Below, one piece after another: positions 1 to 8,626 of a stretch of DNA of 64,000 bases (its first letter is position 1; every line of letters begins with the position of its first letter). Made by a program: the position numbers and the translations under genes. The DNA is from Candidatus Hydrogenedentota bacterium (GTDB lineage Bacteria; Hydrogenedentota; Hydrogenedentia; Hydrogenedentales; SLHB01), in NCBI GenBank assembly GCA_963674865.2, contig CAXXYE010000011.1, forward strand, positions 313,863 to 377,862. Direction: 5' to 3'. The notes beneath the pieces are model-generated. The model saw only the letters and a program-made list of their open reading frames with translations, was not told the DNA's origin and ran no database searches.

Positions 1-518
1 GTACCATCGCCCGTGAACTGCCAGCGGAGGCGGCCCTTGTGATCGAAGCACGACAAGGTGCCTGACGTATCGCCCGCAAGGACGCACGCACTCCCCGCTC
101 CGTCCAGATCGACAATGGCCGGGCAACTATGCGCGTCGACGCCGGCCGGTACGCGCGCCGACCACATTAACGCCCCGCCTCCAGTGACGGCGACGATGTT
201 GCCTTTGCCGTCTGCGGCGGCGATGTCTTCCCGTCCGTCCCCGTCGATATCGGCCACGGCAGGGGAGGCCGTGGCGGGCGTTTCGAGAGGATACTCCCAA
301 AGGCGTTTCCCGCTCAGGTCGAAACAGACAATGCCCGTGTTCATCTCCACCGTGACGAGAGCGACAACCTCGCCGTTTTCCGGATCACACAAAGCATTGG
401 CTGCGGAAAAGCCGCCCGCGCCTTCCACGTCCCACCCCACGTCCAAAGAGAACGCGGCCCAGCACGTGCATGGCGCAAATAGAATAAGGATGACGGCGCA
501 GAAAAGGTGAGATCTCAT
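1..518 (-). CDS. Secreted FG-GAP/PQQ-type beta-propeller protein (partial, runs off the window start)
   Basis: Manual translation from ATG at 518 with GGAG RBS: MRSHLFCAVILILFAPCTCWA signal peptide, then repeats SPAVADIDGDGREDI and CPAIVDLDG with W-ending blades. Not in the ORF track because it is truncated. Confidence 0.8.
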   Translation of the reverse strand, partial: MRSHLFCAVILILFAPCTCWAAFSLDVGWDVEGAGGFSAANALCDPENGEVVALVTVEMNTGIVCFDLSGKRLWEYPLETPATASPAVADIDGDGREDIAAADGKGNIVAVTGGGALMWSARVPAGVDAHSCPAIVDLDGAGSACVLAGDTSGTLSCFDHKGRLRWQFTGDG

Positions 519-637
519 GAGCGTTGCTCCTATGACTGCGGGGAATCTTCCAAGGATGGTGGCAGCACCATGCCTATCATAACGGCTTGTGAAGGCAATT
601 TGAAGGAAGGATTCAGGGGCGGCGGGGAGGAAAAAGG

Positions 638-2698
638 TCAGGCAAGTCCCATCAATCCGGCGAGGCGCGGTATGTGTTCGCCTGCGCGACTGCGCCCGGC
701 AAGATCCCAGAGCGATAGGCCCAGCCGGCGCATAGCGAACACGGCTGGGATCCAGCCCATCGTCCAGCCGGCCTCGATGCACCAAGCGCCCCATCCCAAG
801 TCTGCCGAACTGCCCCAGAATTCCCAACGACTGTAGTCGAACGCCCTGAACCACCCGCCATCGAGGTAGGGATGCGCGTCCGATCGAACCTGGATGCGGC
901 ACAGAAACTCGGCTAACTTGTTCTCAGCGGCGCGAAGCCGGGCGTCGTTTGTCGCGGCGGCGGCCTCGTGCAGGCCGAGGAAAGCGAAGTTGCTTGTGTA
1001 CAGCAAGTCGCAGACGGGATCGCCATCCTCCTGAATCAGGGGCGCCTCACGTGAACCGTACTCCTCGTTGGAGGCGAGTGGGGGATACTTGCCCGTCCCC
1101 GGTGGGCCGAGACGCTCCCGTAGGGCGCCGCAGGACTCTTGTTGGGCGAGCAAATCATCTGCGATACGCGCCAACCAGGCCCTGGTTTGCCCGGTATCCT
1201 CGACGCGCACCAGCCACGAGAGGCAGAGCAGCATCCGCGCCTGTTCCTGCAGGAAGCCGTTTGTCCACCGCCACCCGTCCGGATACGCATCCATGGTGGC
1301 GCGAATTGCCTCACGGGCACGCTGTACGAAGAGGTCGAGCCCGCTGAGTCGCCAGGCAAGTAGATAGCACGCCCAGAGATAGGACTCGTAGTGAGGTGCG
1401 GGATTGATGATGTCGCGCTCATGGTAGTGCCGCCACCCATGGCGTGCCAACTCGTCAATATCAATGCGATTACCCCGAAAGCCATGGATGCCCGTGGTGC
1501 GCAAGTTCGCCAGCAGCGCCTTGGCAACGCCCTCATCCCATCGTCTTGAACCGAGCAGCGCGCCCGCGGCCAGTATGGCCAGTATGGCCCGGGCGTTATC
1601 GTCGCCGTAGGTGGCCTTCTCCCAGGCGGGCGTAGTGACGCCCCAAGCCATCAGGCCGAACGCGGGATGTTCCGGGTCGGCACGCTCGGCTTGCTGAATG
1701 CGGGAATCGAAACAGACGAAATCGAGCAAATTAGCGGCCATTACGCCGGTTCCGGGAAGCGACTCCGTTGCAGCGGCGAAGGCCAGAGCCATCGCACTCT
1801 CACTGTTGCAGTCGCAGCGAACGGGCAAGCGCCGAGGTTGGCTGCCATCGGCCTGGATATTGGCCGCGTATCCTTCGAGAATGCCAAGACGGCCGTTGCC
1901 AAGCGGCTCTGAGGGGCTTGGCGCCCGACACACTTCCTTACCGTCAGCAACGAGGCCGGCCAAGGTGCGTGTCCGCGAGGAATGGACGAGCAGTCTAGAA
2001 CGAATGTGCCATCGTGCTGCACGCTGTAGGGCCTTTTCCTCGCAATCCGCGGCAAGAAGCTCTTCACGCCCGTACGCGGCGTTGACGGACGGTGTCCAGA
2101 GAAGCGCCGGAACGGGAAGGCCCGGGCATAACCAATGGAGAATACGCTGCCACAAAGCGCGCCACGCCTCAACGGGCGCGTACCTTCCCGTAACGAAATG
2201 ACTGAGCTTCGTGGCGGCAAGAAGCCGCCCCCCTGCGGGCTCTCCATAGAGGACGGGCCACGAATCGACTGGCAGGCCGAACATGGCACGCTCGAAGCCC
2301 GCGACCTTTCCCAGCACAAGGTGGGAGGGAGGAGGGGCCTTGTATGGCATGATAACGCAGCGGCAGTCATGAATCGACAGAATGCGCCCCGCGGATAGCC
2401 CCTTGCCGAAGAAATCCGACGCCACAACGAGCCGCCGGTGCCCGCTTTCCCGTATTTCACACCCCGGCTCGCCCAAGAACTCGCCAAAAACACGAATACC
2501 TTTGGCTGAAATGGCTTCCCAATCCTGTGAACGAACCACAACCGGAGCATCGGGATAGGTGTCGGCCAGGATTAGAAGGCCATCGCTTGCTTCGGCGAAG
2601 GACAGTGCTTCTTGAATGCTGTCGGCACGCTGTCTGGACTCCGCCGGAAGAAGGCCGTAAAGGTCGTTGTCCTCAACGCAGCAACATATCCATTTCAT
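638..2698 (-). CDS. Hypothetical protein, possible (alpha/alpha)6-barrel glycosidase-like
   Basis: Long ORF, start trimmed to MKWICC; Trp/Tyr-rich C-terminal half with YGDDNAR and DLLYTSNF motifs. Confidence 0.6.
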   Translation of the reverse strand: MKWICCCVEDNDLYGLLPAESRQRADSIQEALSFAEASDGLLILADTYPDAPVVVRSQDWEAISAKGIRVFGEFLGEPGCEIRESGHRRLVVASDFFGKGLSAGRILSIHDCRCVIMPYKAPPPSHLVLGKVAGFERAMFGLPVDSWPVLYGEPAGGRLLAATKLSHFVTGRYAPVEAWRALWQRILHWLCPGLPVPALLWTPSVNAAYGREELLAADCEEKALQRAARWHIRSRLLVHSSRTRTLAGLVADGKEVCRAPSPSEPLGNGRLGILEGYAANIQADGSQPRRLPVRCDCNSESAMALAFAAATESLPGTGVMAANLLDFVCFDSRIQQAERADPEHPAFGLMAWGVTTPAWEKATYGDDNARAILAILAAGALLGSRRWDEGVAKALLANLRTTGIHGFRGNRIDIDELARHGWRHYHERDIINPAPHYESYLWACYLLAWRLSGLDLFVQRAREAIRATMDAYPDGWRWTNGFLQEQARMLLCLSWLVRVEDTGQTRAWLARIADDLLAQQESCGALRERLGPPGTGKYPPLASNEEYGSREAPLIQEDGDPVCDLLYTSNFAFLGLHEAAAATNDARLRAAENKLAEFLCRIQVRSDAHPYLDGGWFRAFDYSRWEFWGSSADLGWGAWCIEAGWTMGWIPAVFAMRRLGLSLWDLAGRSRAGEHIPRLAGLMGLA

Positions 2699-2765
2699 GC
2701 CGCAAACCCACCTCTCTGCCCGCGCGCCTTGCCAAGTTGCGCTCCAAGGGACACTCAAGGCGTGT

Positions 2766-3029
2766 CTACGCCTCTTGCTTCTCCTCAGTGCCTTCAGAGG
2801 CCCGCTCCTCGAGGAACGCCCTGGCTGCTTCCTCAGAGGAGCGAGGCACAAGGATCTGCACCTCGCCCAAGCCGTCTGTAATTATTGGCAAGACCGTGTG
2901 CGCTATATCCGAATTCGCCCGGCCCCGAATGCCGTGTGCCGCGAGAAACGACAGAATTACCTCCGCCTCACCATCGCGCCAGCAACTGTGAACCGGTACA
3001 AATACATCGCCTGAAGCCTCTTCTGCCAT
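2766..3029 (-). CDS. DUF2007/putative signal-transducing small protein
   Basis: EAEVILSFLAAHGI...GEVQILVPRSSEEAARAFL pattern typical of this family. Confidence 0.75.
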   Translation of the reverse strand: MAEEASGDVFVPVHSCWRDGEAEVILSFLAAHGIRGRANSDIAHTVLPIITDGLGEVQILVPRSSEEAARAFLEERASEGTEEKQEA

Positions 3030-3152
3030 ATCGAAGACCTCGCAGGTTGATGTTGTCTAACTGGTATCGTTACCTGAGGCTATTGTAAGCCATTCCGGAG
3101 CACCGGCCAACCCCGCCTCGAAACATGGCGAGAACGCCTCCATAAACGGCCG

Positions 3153-3181
3153 TTGACAAGGTGGGGGAGGGGTGATAGAAT
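3153..3181 (+). promoter_or_regulatory. Sigma70 promoter of tRNA-Gly
   Basis: TTGACA (3153-3158), 17-bp spacer, TAGAAT (3176-3181), 13 nt before the tRNA. Confidence 0.85.
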
Positions 3182-3194
3182 GCTGACCACCGGA

Positions 3195-3270
3195 GCGGGA
3201 CTAACTCAGTTGGTAGAGTGCCAGCTTCCCAAGCTGGATGTCGCGGGTTCGAACCCCGTGTCCCGCTCCA
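3195..3270 (+). tRNA. tRNA-Gly (anticodon CCC)
   Basis: GCGGGA/TCCCGC acceptor stem, D-loop AGTTGGTAGAG, anticodon arm CCAGC-TTCCCAA-GCTGG, GTTCGAA T-loop, encoded CCA; 76 nt. Confidence 0.97.
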
Positions 3271-3670
3271 TTCTTGTGTCTACCCCTTGCCTCAAAGTCC
3301 CGCCATTTCCGCCGTTTCATTTTGATTCCAGCGGCCCAATCAGAACCTAAAACGTTTCTTTTTGAGATCTGAAATATGAAATCCTCCAGCCTTCTTCATT
3401 CCTGAACGCCTTGCGGAAACCACTGAAAATCCGACCAACACAAGATCGTTAATATGGTGCATCAGGGACGAAAGTAACGTGAAATGAGAGGGTTATCACT
3501 AAGAGTTAAGGCGTCGAATTAGGTCAACATATGACAAGCTTCAGGTTGTGGCTCTCAAGAGGGCTTGCGCTTGGGTGGGGTGAGCCTGTCTCAATACCCC
3601 AATAGGCGCCCAAGTGAGGGAGGTGCGCCGGCCATCCCCCGGAGGCGAAGCGTGAGTATATCCGACTCGG

Positions 3671-3698
3671 ATAAAACATAATATATATTATCGGACGC
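3671..3698 (-). other. dif-like XerC/XerD recombination site
   Basis: Minus strand GCGTCCGATAA-TATATA-TTATGTTTTAT: 11-6-11 layout; XerD arm matches TTATGTTAAAT at 9/11; intergenic and AT-rich. Confidence 0.8.
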
Positions 3699-3753
3699 TC
3701 TACGTGTAGGCCTGGCGAGGAGGGCTTTGCGTTTTCTCTGGCGCAGCTTGGCC

Positions 3754-4056
3754 CTAGGAAGGCGCTGTAAGGTCTTCTAGGAGGTCTTGGAGGCTTTGCT
3801 GGATCCTGGCGAGGGCTACGAGGATATCTTTCGTGTCTTCCTGAGCGGCGGCCTGCTCGTCCGCGAGGGCGGCTGCGAAGGATACGGCTGTGAGCAAGGC
3901 GAAGGCTTGAGTGTCAATACGGTCGCTGGATGCCTCAATCTCGCGGAAGCGGTTGGTCACCTGCTCGACAATCTCGGATGTGGCGGCGGCGTCGCCATAG
4001 ATGGGGACGTGAAGGGTTGTTCCGGCGACCTTGATGAGGATTGTTTCTTTGGTCAT
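3754..4056 (-). CDS. zapA: Cell division protein ZapA
   Basis: N-terminal beta hairpin (IKVAG), ALLTAVSFA helix, coiled-coil tail; conventional position downstream of pheT. Confidence 0.75.
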   Translation of the reverse strand: MTKETILIKVAGTTLHVPIYGDAAATSEIVEQVTNRFREIEASSDRIDTQAFALLTAVSFAAALADEQAAAQEDTKDILVALARIQQSLQDLLEDLTAPS

Positions 4057-4349
4057 GGGCGGAACTCGGCTTTGAGGGCCTTTATGGCGTGCAGGAGGTT
4101 TTCGAGTGCGTGGCGGGCGTCGTGTAGGCGCTTGAGATCTTGCTGGTGTTGTTCCTGGAGGTGGTCGGCGAGGTCGGCGTTTCGGCGGAGCGTGGCGAGT
4201 TCCTTGCTTTGGCGCCAGGTGTCCTGAAGGAGTTTATCGCGGTGCTGAGTCTGCTCGTCGGTTTGGTGGCGGGCTTCGGCGGCGGCGTCGCGGATATCGT
4301 GAATGGCAAGGTTGATTTGTTGAAGTTGCTTTCGGACGAGTGGATTCAC
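4053..4349 (-). CDS. Short coiled-coil protein, ZapB-like
   Basis: 98 aa all-helical protein overlapping pheT and zapA by 4 nt each. Confidence 0.6.
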   Translation of the reverse strand: MNPLVRKQLQQINLAIHDIRDAAAEARHQTDEQTQHRDKLLQDTWRQSKELATLRRNADLADHLQEQHQQDLKRLHDARHALENLLHAIKALKAEFRP

Positions 4350-6742
4350 CGGAGGGTGGCTCCGAAGTTGCTTTCGAGGGTGCGGAGTATTTTCTTGCAG
4401 AGCTTGTCGGTGTTCTTGTCGGTGAGGGTTTTGTCGGGGGCCTGGAAGACCAAGGACAAGGCGATGCTCTTTTTCCCGTCGGGGACCTGTTTACCCGTAT
4501 AGACGTCGAAAATGTCGACAGCCGTGAGGAGCTTGCCGCCGGTGGAGTGCGCGGCTTCGACGAGGTCGCCGGCGGGTGTGTCGGCGTCGACTACGAGGGC
4601 CAAGTCGCGGAGGGACGGCGGGAAAGGGGCGATGGGCTGGTACTGATGGACGGACGGGGTGCCCTCTAGGGCGGGGTCCAGGCAGAGATTAAGAACATAG
4701 GCCGGGCGGTCGAGCTCGTAGGCGTTGAGGGTGGCGTTCGCCACCTCCCCGAGATGACCTAAGTGTTGGCCGGATAATAGGATAGCTGCACATTGGCCTG
4801 GGGCGTAAGGGGAGATATCGGCCGTTTCGAGCGCCAGTGGTAGACCGAGGAAATCGGTGATCGCCTCGGCGAGCCCTTTAAGATCGTAGAGGTCAGCCGG
4901 GTGCGGTGGACGGCTCCAGTGCTTCGGGGTGTAGGCGCCCGAAAGGACGATGGCCAGATGGGCTGTCTGGGAAGGCAACGTGTTGTCAGATGCAGGGGTA
5001 TATACGGGACCAAGTTCAAAGGCGGCGATGTCGTGGGAGCCGTAACGGGCGTTGCGTGAGACAGCGGCCAGGACGCCGGGCACGAGGGATGAGCGCATGG
5101 CCTCATGGTTTTCGCTGAGGGGATTCTGAAGGGAGACCATGTCCAGATACGAATCAGGCAGGCCAGCGCGCTTAACCTCTGCGCGCGAGCTGAAGGTCCA
5201 GCTGAATAGCTCGGTGAGGCCTTGCGCAACGAGGAAGGCACGGAGGTCGTTGAGGCGCTTCTCGCCCGGGGCGAAGTCCTGTTCGGAGCGGCGGGCCTGA
5301 GGGACTGTAACGGCAATGTTGTCATAACCATAGAAGCGAGCCACCTCCTCGATGAGGTCGGCTTCCTGAGAGACATCGTGGCGCCAGGAAGGGGGCTGGA
5401 CGGTAATGCTGGTGTCGTCTTCCAATACAAGGTCGAAGCCCAGGCCCGTGACGACGCGCTTCTGCGTTTGCGCGGGGACTTCGGTTCCCAGGAGAAGGCC
5501 GGTCCTTTCATAGCGGAGTTTGACCTGATTAGGGGTCGGCGGGTTGGGATATTCGTCCAAGATACCGTCGGCAATCTCAGCGCCGGCAAGTTCTTGCATT
5601 AGAGTTGCCGCCCGGTTGGCCGCGTAGAGGGCCATGTCGATGTCAGCGCCGCGCTGGAAACGGGCCGAGGCCTCTGTCTGCATGCCGAGAGCGCGGGCGG
5701 TGCGGCGAATGGAGCGTGGGTCGAAGTAGGCGCTTTCGAGGAAGATGTTGGTGGTGTTCTCCCCCACTTCACTGGCTGCGCCTCCCATAACGCCGGCAAC
5801 GGCAACCGGGGCGGAAGCATCGGCAATGACAAGCATATCTGGATCAAGCCGGCGAACTTGTTCGTCAAGTGTTTCGAGTGTTTCGCCATGTTTCGCATTT
5901 CGCACAACAATCCGGTTCTCAGATAACTTCGCCAGGTCGAAGGCATGGAGTGGATGTCCTGTCTCCATAAGGACATAGTTCGTTATATCGACCACGTTGT
6001 TGATGGGCCGTTGCCCTGCCGCGATGAGCCGTCGACAAAGCCAAGCCGGCGATGGCGCGATCTTGACGTTGGTAAGGACCCTGCCGATGTAGCGTGGGCA
6101 GAGGTCGGCATTCTCAATGGTGACCGAGGAGAGATCGGCCGCCCGTGTCTTGGACTCGGTCAAGCGGAGTTCTGGGAGGCGGTAATTGCCTCCGAAAAGC
6201 AGGGCAAGCTCTCGGGCGACCCCAATCATGCAGGCCCAATCGCCTCGGTTCGGCGTGACCTCAATATCGTAGACGACATCGTCAAGACCGAGAAGTGGAA
6301 TGATGTCCTCGCCTACCGGCGTGTCCTTGGGAAGTATCATCAATCCGGCGTGGTCGTCGCCGAGCCCTAACTCCTTGGGGGAGCACATCATACCGCATGA
6401 TTCGAGCCCGCGCATCCTCCGCTTGGTTATCTCGAAACCGCCCGGCAACGTTGCGCCGACGAGGGCCGTAGGCACCCTGTCCCCCACGCTCATGTTCTTT
6501 GCGCCGCAGACTATCTGAAGCGTGCCTCCGGCGGCGACGTCGGTCTTGCACACAACCAACTTGTCGGCGTCGGGGTGGGGCTCGATGGACTGAATCTCGC
6601 CGACGACGACCGACTTGATATCGGCCCCGGGCCGCTCGATGGCCTCGATTTCAAGGCCGAGCATGGTAAGTTGATGGGCGAGTTCATCCACCCCGATGGG
6701 GATATCGACATAGTCTTTCAGCCAATTCAGGGAAACGCGCAT
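4346..6742 (-). CDS. pheT: Phenylalanine--tRNA ligase beta subunit
   Basis: MRVSLNWL, HPDADKL, TPNRGD, RPINNVVDITNY motifs and C-terminal FDX-ACB domain. Confidence 0.98.
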   Translation of the reverse strand: MRVSLNWLKDYVDIPIGVDELAHQLTMLGLEIEAIERPGADIKSVVVGEIQSIEPHPDADKLVVCKTDVAAGGTLQIVCGAKNMSVGDRVPTALVGATLPGGFEITKRRMRGLESCGMMCSPKELGLGDDHAGLMILPKDTPVGEDIIPLLGLDDVVYDIEVTPNRGDWACMIGVARELALLFGGNYRLPELRLTESKTRAADLSSVTIENADLCPRYIGRVLTNVKIAPSPAWLCRRLIAAGQRPINNVVDITNYVLMETGHPLHAFDLAKLSENRIVVRNAKHGETLETLDEQVRRLDPDMLVIADASAPVAVAGVMGGAASEVGENTTNIFLESAYFDPRSIRRTARALGMQTEASARFQRGADIDMALYAANRAATLMQELAGAEIADGILDEYPNPPTPNQVKLRYERTGLLLGTEVPAQTQKRVVTGLGFDLVLEDDTSITVQPPSWRHDVSQEADLIEEVARFYGYDNIAVTVPQARRSEQDFAPGEKRLNDLRAFLVAQGLTELFSWTFSSRAEVKRAGLPDSYLDMVSLQNPLSENHEAMRSSLVPGVLAAVSRNARYGSHDIAAFELGPVYTPASDNTLPSQTAHLAIVLSGAYTPKHWSRPPHPADLYDLKGLAEAITDFLGLPLALETADISPYAPGQCAAILLSGQHLGHLGEVANATLNAYELDRPAYVLNLCLDPALEGTPSVHQYQPIAPFPPSLRDLALVVDADTPAGDLVEAAHSTGGKLLTAVDIFDVYTGKQVPDGKKSIALSLVFQAPDKTLTDKNTDKLCKKILRTLESNFGATLR

Positions 6743-6743
6743 A

Positions 6744-7760
6744 TCAGAACTGCTCCAGGAAACGCAAATCGTTTTCGTACAAGTGGTTAATCGTGTCTAT
6801 AGCGTGCCGTTGCATTACAATGCGATCGATTCCGAAGCCGAAGGCGTAGCCGGTGTACTTCTCGGCGTCGTAATCGACGCGGCGAAACAGCGAAGGATGC
6901 ACCATCCCACAGCCCAGGAGTTCCATCCATCCGGAGTTCTTGCAGGCCCGGCAGCCGCTGCCTGCACATATCGAACAAGAGATGTCCAACTCCGCTGAAG
7001 GCTCGGTGAAGGGGAAATAATGCGGGCGAAAGCGGACTTTTCTATCCCGGCCGAAGAAGCGGTGCACAAAATACTGCAAGCTTCCCTTCAAGTCGGCGAA
7101 TGTGACGCCTTCGTCCACGAGCAACCCCTCGATCTGGAAGAACATGGGACTGTGGCTGGCATCGGAATCCACACGGTACACCCGGCCCGGCGCCACCACC
7201 GCCACCGGTGGTTTTGTTTGCTCCATGACCCGTATCTGCACCGGCGAGGTCTGTGTGCGCAACACCACCCCCGGCTTCACGAAAAACGTGTCGTGGAGGT
7301 CCCGGCTCGGGTGATCGGCGGGCGTATTGAGGGCATCGAAATTGTAATATTCCGTCTCGATTTCCGGCCCCGTGGCGAACGTGAAGCCAAGCTCCACGAA
7401 AATGCCTACGATCTCCTCCGTCACCTGGTTGATAGGATGCATGTGGCCCTGGCGCGGTCGGCGTCCCGGCAAGGACAGGTCGGCCGCACCCTTCGCGGCG
7501 CCCGTCCCCGACGCTTCAGCCTCCAGCGCCTTCTTGCGTTCGTCAAGGGCCTCAGACAGCCGCTGTTTGGCCTGGTTCGCCGCTTGGCCGAGGACCGGCC
7601 GCTCTTCTGGAGCCACCTGCCCGAGATTTCTCAAGACCTCCGTAAGGGCGCCCTTGCGCCCTACTATCTGAACACGGATGGCTTCGAGCGCCTTCAGATC
7701 GACTGCCCCGGCGATGTCAGCCAGCGCCTGCGTCTCGATCTGCGCGAGTTTCTCCTTCAT
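6744..7760 (-). CDS. pheS: Phenylalanine--tRNA ligase alpha subunit
   Basis: LRTQTSPVQ, FPFTEPS, GCGMVHP, GYAFGFGIDR; start trimmed to MKEKL. Confidence 0.98.
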   Translation of the reverse strand: MKEKLAQIETQALADIAGAVDLKALEAIRVQIVGRKGALTEVLRNLGQVAPEERPVLGQAANQAKQRLSEALDERKKALEAEASGTGAAKGAADLSLPGRRPRQGHMHPINQVTEEIVGIFVELGFTFATGPEIETEYYNFDALNTPADHPSRDLHDTFFVKPGVVLRTQTSPVQIRVMEQTKPPVAVVAPGRVYRVDSDASHSPMFFQIEGLLVDEGVTFADLKGSLQYFVHRFFGRDRKVRFRPHYFPFTEPSAELDISCSICAGSGCRACKNSGWMELLGCGMVHPSLFRRVDYDAEKYTGYAFGFGIDRIVMQRHAIDTINHLYENDLRFLEQF

Positions 7761-7779
7761 GAAACGTGTTCCTTCCGTA

Positions 7780-8445
7780 CTACGATGCGAAAAGCGCGGT
7801 TCCGACGCGCACCTGCGTGGCGCCTTCCTCGACCGCGACCTCGAAATCATTCGTCATGCCCATGGACAGCTCTTTGAGGCCGTAATTCTCGGCCAGTGCG
7901 CGCAACTTTGCAAACACGGGGCGCGTAAGCTCCGGATCGTCAAAGAACGGCGCCATCGTCATCAGCCCGTCCAACTGGAGATGAGGCATTTCCCCGATAG
8001 CCTCCACAGCGCGGCCTAGATCTTCCGGCTCAAAGCCGTGTTTGGCTTCCTCGCCCGACACGTTCACCTCGACGAGCACGTGCAGGCCCTTCTCCTGCTC
8101 TGCACAACGCCGTTCGAGCGCCTCGGCCACCTCGATCCTGTCAACCGAGTCCACGTAGTCGAACATAGCTACCACACCGCGGCACTTCCGGCGCTGAACG
8201 CTGCCCACCATGTGCCAGAGGACCTTCGCACCCAGGGCCTCCACTTTCGCGCGCGCCACCTCGATCCTGTTCTCGCCGAGGTGTGTGACGCCCGCATCGA
8301 CAAGGGCTTGCGCCTCCCCCACGCCCACGGTCTTCGTGACAGGTATGAGAAGCACCGACTCGGGCGCGCGTCCGGCGCGGCGCGCCGCATCCGCGATGCG
8401 TCCCGTGACGGCTTCGAGATTCCTCTTGATAGTGCTTGCTTGCAT
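7780..8445 (-). CDS. yggS: PLP homeostasis protein YggS/PROSC
   Basis: VTKT, LGEN, WHMVG, GLMTM, LSMGMTNDF, VRVGTALF motifs. Confidence 0.95.
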   Translation of the reverse strand: MQASTIKRNLEAVTGRIADAARRAGRAPESVLLIPVTKTVGVGEAQALVDAGVTHLGENRIEVARAKVEALGAKVLWHMVGSVQRRKCRGVVAMFDYVDSVDRIEVAEALERRCAEQEKGLHVLVEVNVSGEEAKHGFEPEDLGRAVEAIGEMPHLQLDGLMTMAPFFDDPELTRPVFAKLRALAENYGLKELSMGMTNDFEVAVEEGATQVRVGTALFAS

Positions 8446-8626
8446 TGTTTCTGGGGATCCTTCTCAACGCAGCCGTATGATAGGAGCGTGAGCCGCGCTA
8501 TTCAACCCTGTCTCTAACCATGATCACCTAAAGGCGCGACTTATAGGTGTTGTGAGATCCCGTGCGGCGGCCGGAAGGCTACCTAGCGAAATCCAATGCC
8601 GAGTGTGAGCCGCCTTGCCCCCTAGC

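Noticed and set aside
3195..3700. Genomic island integrated at tRNA-Gly
   Set aside because: No integrase and no duplicated tRNA 3' end seen in the window.
7760..7780. PheM-type attenuator or T-box before pheS
   Set aside because: Only 19 nt separate yggS and pheS.
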